The notes beneath the pieces are model-generated. The model was not told where the DNA came from. It was given only the letters and a program-made list of their open reading frames with translations, and ran no database searches. A stretch of DNA of 64,000 nt from Eimeria praecox (Eukaryota): positions 1,922,001-1,986,000 of the forward strand of contig OY986946.1 in assembly GCA_963920595.1 (NCBI GenBank), given 5' to 3'. Position numbers and translations under genes: made by a program. Positions 24,901 to 37,800 of this stretch are shown here, piece by piece. How positions within the stretch are numbered: position 1 is the stretch's first letter; each line of letters begins with the position of its first letter.

Positions 24901-27900
24901 GCAGCTGACTGCACAACTGGGGCAGGCAATATGCCAATTCTTCATGTGGTATCTTTCGGTGGGAACGGAAGGCAGCTGCACCGATCAAAGAGGTCAAATG
25001 CATCAGCTGATTCCCATGAACGAGAGGAGGAACAAGCTACCGGCGGAGGCCCTTGGGCGACTCGTGGGCCTCTTGCAATATTATGCGCCCTTCTTTCGAG
25101 TCTCTCTAGCGACAGAACAGATGGCCAATGTTCAGGCAACTACAGGTGCAGGACATCTCTATCCAAGCACACTTTTACCGACAATCTCCGGTGGCCTCCC
25201 TACCTGCATCAGCCTAGCTGCCCACAAGCCCAGCAACAGCCATCCCTTCCGCCTGCATTGAGCAGCCTGCATCAGCAGCTTCTGAATCAGCAAGGACCCG
25301 CACTTCTCTTTCAGTTGCTCGTACCAATGCTGTTAGCTCAGAGCAAAACATTTGCGCTTTGCTGCCTCTGGAAGGCAACGGAACGCCCGCGAAGGCTGGC
25401 CTCTTTTCTCACGTGCATGCAGCGCGCAATGGAACATGCGCCTGTTTGCAAACCACCCCAGCAGCCAAAGAGTCTCTCAAACGATATGCCAACGGGCTGT
25501 CTCACAGGAACTGCAAACCGGATTACCTCCTCGGTTTCATGCACAGAGAATATTGAGGGGCTGCACTCCAGTGCGGCAACAAGGCAAGCTAACAATGCGG
25601 GGTCAGCTTCTCTGGACGAAGACGCATCGAGCCCAGCGAAATGCGTGCAACCGTCAGCAGCCACACCAACATCAATCAGCGCTTCTGAAGACTCCATAAG
25701 AAGCTGCCCCATGAGGCGATCGGTTGGAAGGAGAAGGACAAGACGAATAAGGCAGCGGAAATACCGAAACGCGTCAATCTTAGTAAATGCGCCTGGAGCG
25801 TCGAGGAAGCACCGTCGCCCAAAGATTTTCTTTCCCCTCCATTCTCTCCTGAAAAGTGCATCAGAGAGGCCTGTGAGCTCCAGCAGAGACATCTGTACAG
25901 AAGGTGGCGTTTGCAGTACAAGGGTAAGCCTGCCGTCAGAAGGCACCTGGAGCATGAAGCCCCTCTGGATATTGCCACAATACAGGCAACGCCACAACGT
26001 TTCCAGTGTTTCTCCTCCCTTACACGCAGGAAAATGATTTGCTCTCTAGCTCCGTGGGCTTCACTGGTAACTTTAATGCGCTTTCGCCAAAGAGGAACAC
26101 GACAAATCAAAGACAGGAGCCCAGGTCTCCAACAACTGCAGTTGTGCACCAGGGGGCTGATCAAAACGAGAAACAGCTCTTTCTAGGCGAGCATCCATAC
26201 CAGAATCAGCAACAGGCTGAGCGCTGCCTCGGAGGGGAAGGTTCTACTGCACCTTCCCTTGGCGAAGCAGACCCTTTGAACAGCAACGGTAAGATTTGCC
26301 TCCCGCACTCCACACTCTGCGTTGACACCCAGCTACTGCAATTTTGCACAAGAGGTCTTCACTCCACATTAAACGCACAACCTTACCTTTATGGATGCTC
26401 TAATTTCCTGTATGCCTAGCTTTACTGCTTGGAGAGACTTGTTATACTCGTCAGATCTTTGACTACTTCCCAATTACACACGGCTATGTAAAGAACTGCT
26501 GACGTAAAATACGTAACCAGTTTCAGAGAAGAATGGAAGCATCAAGCGGCTCTGTGTGTTGATGTCTTTTGCTGGACGAGCAGTTCCAAGCCAATCCAGC
26601 GATTGCTTCCAGGAATCGTCAGGTATCCATTTCGTTTCCGATTCTCTTGCAAACGCCCAAAAAGCATGCGAAGAAGCACACTCGGATGTTCCTGATGGTA
26701 AAAATAAGTTGCAGCAAAGAGAAAACCACGTTCAGCGGAACTCAGGAGGAGAGGCAGTCCACATAACTACCCCTTTAGCCAATAGTACGCTGGCTGCAGA
26801 TGATTAGGAAGGTGTTATAAGCGCAATGGCAGCAGCATGCCATTGCCCTCCACTAACGTAAACACTGCCGATACACCAGGCCCCTTTGGCGCTTTGAGCA
26901 TCGCAAGTCGCTTTGTCGTTCTCCGTTCCATTGCTGGGGGCTGGCCGCTCCGTGGTGCTTCATTATTTTTAGCTGAAAGGAACAGTAATGAACTCCTCGC
27001 ACTCCACAGGGCACTTCCAATATGCAAGCGACTATTTTATGTTAGACTGGCTGCGTATTTCTTCACCTTGCTTTGTCCAGCAGAGGGAGAAAAACATGAC
27101 AACAAGGTCACATCCTCTACTGAGATTTCCGTGGCTGGACCACCAACCGCTGGGCTTCCTGATTTGAGGCTACGGCCGACAGAATGCGTAATTAACCGGG
27201 AGGGAAGAAAGGTAATGCCCGGTAGCGTCCCTTCCCACGTTGGGAGGCCTGCCGAGATGCCCGAAGGCAGGGAAGTGCCCCTCCATGCCTCCTCCGAGAA
27301 AATCAATGCTGAGGCGATTCGCAAACAAGCGTCAGCCATTTTTCAAGCCTCGAAAAGACAACCGATTGCAGGCTGTGGGCGCAAAAAGATTCCTCCGCGC
27401 AACTTATCCACAACACGGGCGATCCAGTTGAAAAGCGGTGTGCCCCTCAGTCCACAAAACAGGATCGGCGGCAGTCACAGGAAGAGCACAGTGGCGTGCG
27501 CACCAGTAGCGCAGGAAAAAAAGTTTAACGCTCTATTGAGGACCACAGGGAGCATTTCTACCGGCCAAGCTTGCTGCGCCGCAGCCTGTTACAACTCCAG
27601 AAACAGCACTGTAAAGAGTGCAACCTCCAGAAGAAACGTTCGTCGCACTGGCCCTGCGAAATTAGACTTAGTACCCCGATCGGCACCGCCTGGAGCAACC
27701 AATCCTCTTCCAAAGCTTACTACAATCGAAGACAAGATCGAAGTAAGAAGCTGTGTCAGCATGCCAAAACACTTCGGCTTGCAATACATCACCACCGTGG
27801 AGCCTCAAGAGCACCAACAGTTATATGGCCCTAGAGTAGCTCCAGAAGCTCACCAACAGAGGCCTGCAACTAACGAGCAGGATGCTTATTTGTCCTTGTG

Positions 27901-30002
27901 ACACGCAGCCAGGCAGTGTCTCCTGCCAGCCGGGGGGGCCCAAACCGCCTACAAAGCAAGCATCAGATCCTCCTAAACCTGATGCTGACGAGCTGAGCGA
28001 GTGGCGGCGTCTGGGGATGCTAGAGCAGCGTCTTGAAACAGTGCGCACTCGAAGAAATAGGATCACCGTCCCCTTAAACATTCAAGCTGGCTGCAGCCAG
28101 AAACTTGCGCAGGCTCGAAGGCGTAGTGAGAACACCACGGAAGCCAAACATCGCTTAATAGTATGCAGCAAGCCACTGCAAGGAGGAGGATGTCTACAGT
28201 GTTTGCGTCGATCCAAAAGCATATCCAGTCTGGCACCTCCCTCACCTAAAGACTGTTCACTGCTAGTCACTGCGTTGCACAACTATGCCTGTGGCTGTTA
28301 TCCGCCAAAGTTAAAGATAGACATAGTTCGCGCTACATGCTATTTTGTACGGAACGTGCACCGCTCCGCAGATTTGTGTGAGATGGTTCATTTTGGGTCA
28401 GGATAATGAACAAGAACGCGGGACGAGTCTTATTTCTAATATCCCGACGATTTGTATCCCCATTGGCTCTAGGTGCACGGCAGCCAATGCTGAAAAGCAG
28501 ATAGAACCAAGAAAAAGAATAGTGGCTCAGGCTCAGGCGTGTAACTTTTCCTTCTTAAGAAGTTATTCGGCTGGTCTAATCAGGAAGCAGCAGCTGTCAG
28601 CGCTTGCTGCCTCAGGAAGAATACCGGAGGGTAAGCCTGTAGAGATTTGGCTTTCAAATCAAGCCACGCGCCCTCATTCCCCTGAGCTGGCACTTCACGC
28701 CTGCACCGTAATCTAATCCCTCGCAGTGAAAGGTAGTGGCTGCCTCCTAATGTTCTCTTAATTGCCAATAAGGATTATCAAATTTTCATCAAGGCCTGCC
28801 CATGCAGTGTTTTCCTCACCCTATCAGGTGGATACCAACGAAAAACCGGATTAGCAACCGCTAACACCCCCAGTAAAAATGTGGCCCCCACAACGGGCAA
28901 GACTAAGGTATCTCATGTCCTTGGTGAAACGATTTCCATTGTGTAGAGGCAGGTTCTGCTATTGCACAATTATAAAGCTGTCTAATTTGCTCAACAGACA
29001 TAAGATATGCAGAAGCTTGCTTCATGCTCCCCCCATGGAAAGTGGAGCAGCCATTTTTCTAGCTGTAACATGTCATGCAGTGAAGCCCCGGCACAGTCTG
29101 CGATAGTTCTGGCTCCTGTTGCAACCCTTTATATATTGGGAAGACCTTGGCAAGGGCCATAGGATATCACTACATCGAATCATGGCGAGCAGAACAAACA
29201 ACAGACAATAGAGATGTTGCATTCCTGTGCTGCAGGAACAGTCAGTCGGTCTCAAGCAGGAGAGGCTGTATAAGTCGGGGTCTCAGAATTCTCATGAAAG
29301 CATAGTTCATGAGTTCAAAGAGGCTGCGTTTATTACCAAATCATTACTACCATCTGTACGATGCTAACTCTGAGCATATTCAACTCTTAAAGTTTAGTCA
29401 TTTTTAGCCCCTAGTGCACTCACCTAGTGATATTCTCAAGCTATAGGCCTTGAAACATAAGAAAACTGGGAGACCTAGGAGAAGGGTTGCCAATGCCAAT
29501 TTGGTGATGGACCTATTGTGCTGCTTTTCGCTTGGTAGAGTCGGGGATCTGTTTTGCGCAAGAACTGCTCTTACCAGCTCGACTGCCTAACTCATGCTCT
29601 TTCACATCAGCTGCCCTCGCTGTTACCTTTACAACAGCGCATTAAGGAACAAACCCAAGTAAGACCTCTCGGAGGGCACGAAAGGACTAATCCTCCGCAG
29701 AAGGACGCTATTGAATGTTTTGCTGTGAACTCCACTGAAAGATCTCTTCCCTTTTATTCTGTAGCCCAGATTATTAATCCTGACGAGCAGCAGCCGTGTG
29801 GTGCCTGTCGCAGCTAGCACTGGACACTGTTGACAGCTTGGAGAAAAAAGTTGCTGCCCTCACGCAGATGCTCTGCCTGCAGCCACCAGGTTCGGGTAGA
29901 GTCGCAGCCGCGTTTCCCTTCACTTCCGGACCACCACAGCGCCTTCCGGGTGTGCACCTCAGTAAGACAAAGGCTGCAACGGAACCGCATGCCCTGCATT
30001 GA
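21960..30002 (+). CDS. Large multi-exon protein (~1,490 aa) with a degenerate kinesin motor domain, long low-complexity stalk and C-terminal coiled coil
   Basis: Phase-consistent GT-AG chain: 21960-22229 (uncertain first exon), 23229-24027, 24481-24754, 24864-25923, 26030-26288, 26584-26784, 27081-27742, 27909-28160, 28402-28630, 28828-28907, 29236-29355, 29578-29658, 29814-30002 (4476 nt). Kinesin structural elements appear in the correct order: SATVLVLGG, RVSCWLVSSHGVVDLL, ILHVVSFGGNGR, LAILCALLSSLS, PPY, LLFQLLVPMLLAQSKTFALCCL, FLTCMQRA. Confidence 0.65.
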
Positions 30003-33000
30003 CCAAAAAGACAGAACTGTAATGTTTGATTCATGCTGGAGAGGTAATTTCGTTACCAACCCATTTGCTCTTTGTATAAGCTCTTTCGTAAGATTTACTA
30101 TCCTGCCAACTATACTGATTATCCCTACTAGCATCAGGCGCGCAGAAAATGAAAGAAAGCTTCCCGGCTGCCGGTATTGTCGAGCCCCCTCATTCTATAT
30201 GCATTGAAGTACTTTTGGGAGTATGGGGGCTTGTGAGCTTGCACACATTTGCCGCTAGCCTCTGCTTACGAGTAGCTGAGTAGTATTATTGGAGGTGTCG
30301 TGCATGCCTGCAATAGGATTGGAGGCACGTTTAAGGATGACATTTCATATAAAATATTCACCCGTTCCAGAATAGAGAAGTCTCGGTTGATTGGCTGCCA
30401 AAGCAGTCTGCCTCAAAATCTGTAGCGGGAATTCGCCAGCCCCAGTGTAGTATCGTCGTGAGTTGAAACTGGCCTTCTATGTAGAGCTTGAGAGGGTCTT
30501 GGAAGGCTGTGTCTTGAGGGATCCCCTGCAGCTGGTTTGAGCACGGCCACTACAATGAGCTGTCGGCAGGCAATTCTGCAGCTTAAGCAGTCTCAGCGCC
30601 CTGCCGAGGGTTGCAATGCCATCAACAAAGGATTTTGCTATGTTTTACTCTAGCATCTAGAAGTATTTAGCGTCCGAGGTCGGCGAAGCTGTAGGGCGTA
30701 GAAGCGGACGGCGCCGTTCTAGCTGTTTGGGCGCAGGGTTAGGCACGCCAGCAGAAATGATACCCAGCCAGATTCCGACCAAATCAACTGTAAATCCAAA
30801 AATTATGAAAAGGTATAAATACCCCGTGTTATGCTTCTTTTGGTGATATCTTGTGTCGTAGCGAAGCCCCACGATTAACAGGCGAAGTAAGGGAAAACAG
30901 CAAGGGAGTTCTTTTGCAGATGCTGCTAGTACCTGTTGCAGGCGGTGCCCCATAGAGGTGGCTTGCTGAAGGCTGACCAACACCTTGTGAAAGTTGTCTT
31001 GAACCTATCTTCATAATGCAGCTGACGTGCTTGCCATAGCTCAATGTGAGGATTATTTCCTCCACAGAATTGCATAATCCTGCATCAGTGTGCCCCTGAA
31101 ACACGGCGAGAGGGGGTGACAGCATAGCCTAATGCATGCGAAACACCCCAGCTTAGAGACTGTCTAAAAGGATATCAGGTGAGACCTGGCGCGTGCACCG
31201 ACTAGAGGATGAAACGTAGTGGAAGGGCAAGCAAAATGAATGCACAGAATTCTTCTTCGGAGGTAGTGTGTCTGCGGATCCTGTCCCTATTTGAACAACG
31301 CCGGCAAATGGATTTGCTGTTTTGTGTGGACAGCTTCCGACAAACTAAAAGTGCATTTGCACGATTTCCTTGCTAACACGTACTAGTCGCAAGGTACCGT
31401 TTTCATCTTTGGGTGTTAGCGATACAGCATAGAGAATAGCGGATCGCTTAAAGCACTTGCTCGAGTGTTTACGCTTAGCTGAGGGGGGCAAAGCTTTCGA
31501 ATCCGTTGAAGTAGTGTAGCTCAGCTGTATGCTGCTGAAAGACCGTTGTCTATTTCAACTTCTTCCCTTCAAGTGCTGGTTTCTTCTGTAGTGGGGTCTC
31601 ATGCTGGACAGAGGCGCAGCTTTGTGTCAGCCGGTGGGGCGATAAGCGTTTGGATCCTGATCGCCAGGCACATAGCGCAGCAGTGGCTTGCCCTACAACA
31701 GAAGGGGCGGACAAGCAGTAAGGGTGTGCGCTCTTCTATCATGCACCCAGTTCTCAGAAGGGAGGCAAATCCTGTTTGAAGAATGCTGCGGCCTAGAATG
31801 CTGGTGAGCTTGTTCCTTATCTTTGGTTTAGCAGACTGCGGGTTGTTAGCGGGGGTGACTTTAGACTGTACGCTAAACTGACTCATCAGTTCGCTTGCTG
31901 ACGGGCGATCAACCATCGTACATCTCTTTAAGGAGTGTGTGCGGCAGTCAGTGAATCCTTTCAATGTGGTTGCTGCGTAATCCTTATAGCCCCGTTAGAA
32001 CTGGGCTCTGAATTTCCCCTCTTCCGGATAACCACATCTAGTGCAAACACGAGGAGCCTCGCAGGTGCCTGCATCAGCGGCTACGATCCCTGTAAAACAC
32101 ACACTTCTCAGACTCACGACATAGCTATTGGTACGCGCATACAGATCCGCCTGAAAAAAGCCGCCGAAGAACCACGTACTGCAGAACTCACTACAAGTCT
32201 TCGTGAGCCGTGGCAGGTATTCATGATAACCGGAAAACCCTGTATAGGCAAAAAGAAGGCCTCTTACGTACGCCCCTCCACGAGAAAAGACCCCGCCACA
32301 AAGCAGGTTTTAGAACGCAGTGTGAATAGAAGCTAGTCGTGTACCCAAGATCTCTTAGAGCTCTGAACCAGCGGATCTTTCTTTTCTCCGTCTCTCAGAA
32401 GGAATAATCAGCTCCCTTATCTGTGCGGAAGGTGTGGAAGCAAAATAGAATGCTGAAAACTGGCAAGGGTCGTAAGGCCAACAAGACATATTTTCCAGCT
32501 AAAATGCAGGCAGCTTCCATGTTGGTTGATCTTTAGGCTAGGTGGCAGGCTGGCGTAAGGAAGCGCTTTGGGGGGATGACAATAGGGTCTCTTTTGCAGG
32601 GGAAGCTGCTTTAGTTGTACGGAGAGTCGGGATATCTTTAGATTCTGGCTGGGGTTTACAGCTTTACATTCTAGTCCTGAAGTGCCGGTAGGGTGCCTGC
32701 GTGTCTGCGTCCTGCTGCACATTCACTGATGTCCAAGCAGCGTAAACACCGAATCACGAGCATTAGCAGGTCGATAAATTATCCTATACCCTGGATGATC
32801 TTTCCCGCCTACAAGAATGGTGCCTTTTGTGCTGCTCTACAACAAGAAAGGATGCTCAAGCGCACATGTCTTATGAGAACGGAGATCGGCAGTCCTACTG
32901 TGGGCTTTTCTCTAGATCAGGGATGAGGTTTTCCCCGGGTACTTCGCTTCCCATAGTTGGCGACCGTTGTCCAAAGTGAAGACGCCCCGGGACAGGAACA

Positions 33001-34139
33001 GCGTTTCGCTCGTAGGGCGTCGGATGCGTGAACACTTAAGTTCGCAATGAGGGTGTGTCGCCAACCAAATTTGATCAGCTGTTAGTTAATTGGATGACGA
33101 ACTCTGGAAAAAGGGCAAGTAAATTGCAAGGTTTTAGCCGATAGAAGCAATGCGCTTCTTACTGCGTGGCTTGCCTTATACTCGCTGTCAAGGCAAATGC
33201 GTCACCATTGCGCGGCGATCTGCTTCAGGAAGCCACTGTGCTTGCATGAAAAGATCGCCACACCGGTTAATACGATGAGCAGCAGCATTTCAAGTTCAAA
33301 TGCAAGAATGTTCGGCATTAAGAGAAAGGGTTGAGCGGTTTTGGGGATGAAGTGGCTCTGGGGATGCCTCGCAGTAGGGCTGAGAGAGTTGTCGCAATTC
33401 TTGGCAATTTCATGGTTTTGCCCACAACCCGTTGCTCGTCTCATTTTCCACTGTCCGCTTGCTATTTGCATGCCAACGAAGCAGCCATGACTGAATAGCT
33501 CTACTGCCATAAAGAATCGGCCTATCCTGGGTAGTGCTCACGGTTGCTAGAAGTCCCGTGAGTAAGACGTATCACACAACTTGCCTGGGCATGCTGGTAT
33601 CCTAGCGTTTCCGAAATCAGAAAATCTAGTATGAAAAGCAAACAGCTTTATGACTTCCACCAAAAAGCAGTCATACTGATCGGTTTGGCTCCGCTGCTAT
33701 AACCCGCATTTAGAATCTGCTTCGCGTGCACGTGCCGCCGCTGTGTGTCTAGATTGCCCTTCCTTCCAGTTGGCTCCAGGAAGACTTGAGAAGTGCAGGC
33801 TGCCCAGTTTTGATGCTTAGGGGAAGGGGTTCGAGAGTTAATCCTTCGAAGCGTTCAAAAGAAGAGTAGAAAGGTTTGAGAAAAAGGGGTCCCACCGGTG
33901 AGCAGCTGGTCGGATAGAAAGCGATCAAATATGCAGGGTTTTGATAATGTCCAACTTGGTATGTAGGAATCTCCTTTACAGGCTGCGCGAGGCTCCATGG
34001 GCTTACTCTGCAATCGAATATCAAGAGTATGCTTCATGACTTTATGGACCATGTTCGCCACAGATTGCTGCGATGGAGTAGGCAGTTTTCGGCGCAGGAG
34101 ATGCGACTCCTGTATGCACTGAGCACATCGTAAGGTGCC

Positions 34140-34860
34140 TTCTGCGTTCTGCGTGCAATACTGCCAAATATAAGGCCTGTCTTCTTGCGCTATGGAACCC
34201 TGCAATAGCAACAGCCCAAGTGGTACTCGGACGAATCATGTGGGGATTTTTCGAAAGCCGTACTAAGAGGCCTTTTCGCTGCCCTGCCAAAGCCTTCTGC
34301 GCTGTACTATAGCTCCGCCGCAATGGCAAATTTGAGAACCAAAGCTCAGCCAGGTTTTGGCAGTGGTATGGAGACCACCAACAGTCTGCTGCATGGGAAT
34401 AGGGTGGCTGCCAGACTCCTCACCTCAAGCTTCCCACGGCAGTGGGAAGCATTGTTTAATGTACCATACGGTGAGTTCAAACCAGGAGCTTTTCAGACAG
34501 GCGGGTCTTCAGAGCGTACACCATGGGCTTTCCAAAGAGACGCTAGATGCGCGTACTGGCTAGTTTTCTAGTTGAGAAAGCTTCACTTGGAGGCCCACAC
34601 TGAGAACCTTTGCTTTCCCTTGACGCCCTGAGGGCCAAAGCTGTGGGGCACCGGGGGAAGGAGTGTGCAGCGTGCTAGAGCCGCGGTGAGGTAAAAGGTG
34701 ACGCCGCTTGGCCATCGACAAGGCATGCGTGTCGGTGAATTAGGGACAAAGTCGTGCCTAGGCTAGGGGATGAGTGCATAGCGTGTTAGAGCTTGTATCG
34801 GGTAAAAAGTAGCTGCTGCCTATGGAAAACTCGTGCGTGCCTGCGAGTCACGAAGCTGCA
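34140..34860 (+). pseudogene. Possible decayed retrotransposon gag fragment
   Basis: Stop-interrupted segments FCVQYCQI*GL, MWGFFESRTKRPF and WQWYGDH resemble gag of Eimeria Ty3/Gypsy elements as remembered. They are followed by two CxxC knuckle-like units 111 bp apart (GKECAAC*SRGE at 34655; GDECIAC*SLYRVKSSC at 34766). Confidence 0.35.
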
Positions 34861-37800
34861 TCTATAAAGGGGAAGTAACCGGTGTGTTTCTTCTCTGTTG
34901 ATAGGGTATGGCGGCGCAAGGAGATAAGTTTGCTGGCAGCTTTTCAACGTTTTATCAGCTAAGCAGTGCAGGGTGTATGCGCGTTCTATGGTGAACGCGT
35001 TCCATTTGGTGGAAAGCCAGGGGACTGTTTTATGGCGACATTGGTGTTGATGCTTCGACGCCGGGCCCTCCTTTGCTTTGGGAGATACTAGTTTAAAGGA
35101 GTTTGAATAAGAGAGAATGTCAGCTGTGTAGGCCTCGTAGTATAGGACATTGTCACCATGCTGAAGGGGTTGGAACTTCAGCGGAACCCAACTGAAAAGG
35201 GCACGAATGGTTCTGAGGCCTAGTTAGAGGGCCACAGCAAAAGCTGTTGTTTGGACGATACAGGCGATCAGTCAGTAAGAATTGATGGAGGATAACAGCT
35301 CTTCTCATATCCTTACATCCTTGGACAGCAGAACGATATCAAGGATTCTAACAATTCCTGCAATTTTCACTAGGCGAGGGCGCGACTAAAGCGAGGTAGG
35401 CAGTTACGACGGTCAATGAGGCGACCCTGTCACCCTTGTCGGCCAAACTTCCGAATTGTGCGGCAACTGCTCCCTAGCGCCTGCAGTCCAAGCCAGAGTG
35501 GCGGAGATTTGCCTTTCCTGGCAGGTTTGTAATCCTTTCCGCGGAGTGTAAAGAACCACTGCAGGTCGATGGAGCGTAACTCTTTCGTGCTCTCTTATCG
35601 CCTCTCATTCACAACACAAATTATTTAGACTTGTTCTATAATAACTTGGAAGACCCATAATCGAGAAACCGGCCAATGTTTTTCTACAACTCCATAGAGA
35701 TGCACAGGAGCTTTCGCCCCAAAATACGATAAGGCAATGAGGAAGATTGTATTTGCGGTGGCAAACAAACGGGTGGAGTCGTCTGCTTGTACTTTACGGC
35801 GGCCTCACTAAAGCCTGGCAGAATTCAGGGCTTAGGCTCCCCAAGATCTTTTGAACAAGTTAACCAATGGCTTACCAAGCAGCTCGTAGAAACTCTACAA
35901 TCCCCCTGGTTGCTTGTTTGACGAACGAAACCGCCGATCAGGTAAACATTTGGACAGAATAACGCCAAAGGTTATATTCCTGATTTTTGCAATAAGAGCA
36001 GTAGTTTTCCACTTTTGGGGTTGATGAGGCACCTTACTTTCACCGGAATATGTAGCAACCCTTTGGGGAAAGAAACACATTGAACTGCAATTTAAAGATC
36101 TCTGTAGCAGGCGAAATGCAGGCATTCTTCCATACCGAAACCTATCTAACCAAATCGCAGCTCTTGATGTCCTCTTGGCGAAGTTTCTGATTGGGGAGGC
36201 TCTCCGTTTGACGCCGTGTTTTTTTTTTGAGCCAAGAAGCGACTAGCCCGTAAAAAATATAGTTGCAGAATGCTTCTTTAAGCCAATTTAGAGGTTTGAA
36301 GGGCTGCGTGTGGGAGAATAAAGTAGGGAACCGCTTAATAGGGGAAGAAATGTTTGACCAGCGACAGAACGCGAATTGAAGCTACACCGCTCTGTCCCTG
36401 TCAGCTATACTGTAAAATAGGGCATTCTCGCTAAGGAAAACAGCCTGTCTCTAGTTTCATTCAGTGTTTTCTCCAGTAGTAGACTCACGCAGAACCAATT
36501 TAGGAGAGCTGCGCACAGAGGAAAGGGGGATAATGGGCGGCCTCGGTGCAAAGGATATACGGTTTCAAAGTTGCGTTCTTCGCGAGCCGAAATAGCTTCA
36601 TTTCCGTATTCGTACAAATTGTCTTGCAGACAATAATGTAGAAAACTGTAGGGCAATAAAATTTAAGGTGGGAGGCTTAAAAAAAAGAAAACGTCTTATT
36701 AAACAGTTGTGCAAAGAGCCGTGATGCTCGCTAAGCTCAAACACGTGACGCTTTTTTTGAGGGAGTTGTACATTTGACGACAAATTACGCAGACGTGGAA
36801 CAGGGTGCAAAACATCATTCTGGGAGCGTTTGGTGATCTTTTTTAGGCGGCGCGGCAGTATTTTTTGCGATTCTAGGTTGTGATATTAAGTGTGAAACAA
36901 AGGCGCTGTTTGCGGCTTCCGCAGACACCGAAGGTGCACAAAAAATAGTCTGAAGGGCAAGTGAGCGCAAACTGACAGTTTGCAAAAATTACGAGTGCAG
37001 TAGTAATAATTCCAAACTCCTTTTCCTTAATCTACGAAATTGTTTCTGAACATAAAACGACAAAGCAGGTAAGGCTCTATGCGTCCTGCCAAAATTCAAG
37101 ACTTAAAAGCAGCATTTTGGTGCTTGGCAATCCAACGAACCTTGATGGTAGCTTGAACTATTGCCTGTGCATTCACTTGATGCTCATAGTTTTTGTGCGC
37201 CAACATCTTGGCGCATTGCCGTTCTTAATATATGCAGTCACAACAGCCTGTGGCTCTTTTAGCCTTTGACACTCAATTATTAATAATCCTATTTTGCCAG
37301 TGCCGAAAAAATTAAACCTGCGCAGCGCGTTGCATACAAATAATAACAGTGCTTTCTGGATTCAAGGCCAATCTCGGAAAACCCGAAGCAATTGGCATTG
37401 ATTGCTTTTAACGCTTCCTCGATTTTGGCCTACTCATTCAATAAGAGGAAGTCTGCCGTCAGACTTTTGAGGAAAAAAGTGCATTCTTCGTTCAATCTTG
37501 AAAGCTACCAGATTATGGTTGATTTTGTAATACACTTTCCCGTTGTTGTATAGCAGAACATATGATATAAACTATTTCGGGAAGGGTTGAAAGATCTGAA
37601 CATTCTGAGCCGCCGAGGCTTTAGCGGGACTTGGAATACAAGGCGAGGCCTTGAGCAGAGCGTTGCCGTTCATCCCTCAGAGCATCTGTGCTGCATGAGT
37701 TTTTTTGATTCCCTATGATAAGGTCCCGCTCAGCCTCCAGGCTGAGCTGAGGAAACGAAGCGTGATCTGCGAACAGGATTAAATAAATTAGCCGCGCAGG

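Noticed and set aside
25338..25997. 219-aa minus-strand ORF and similar antisense ORFs (15320-15850, 3852-4394)
   Set aside because: Shadow frames of plus-strand exons.
30444..30454. GTGTAGTATC, matching the U2 snRNA branch-pairing sequence
   Set aside because: The flanking sequence does not match U2; chance match.
30657..31964. Minus-strand ORFs with a hydrophobic stretch (30657-30983, 31599-31964)
   Set aside because: Could not be linked into a phase-consistent gene; may be real exons but unsupported.
32932..32992. Imperfect stem-loop (CCCCGGG..CTTCGCTT / AAGTGAAG..CCCCGGG)
   Set aside because: Short interrupted stems with a large loop; expected by chance in 64 kb.
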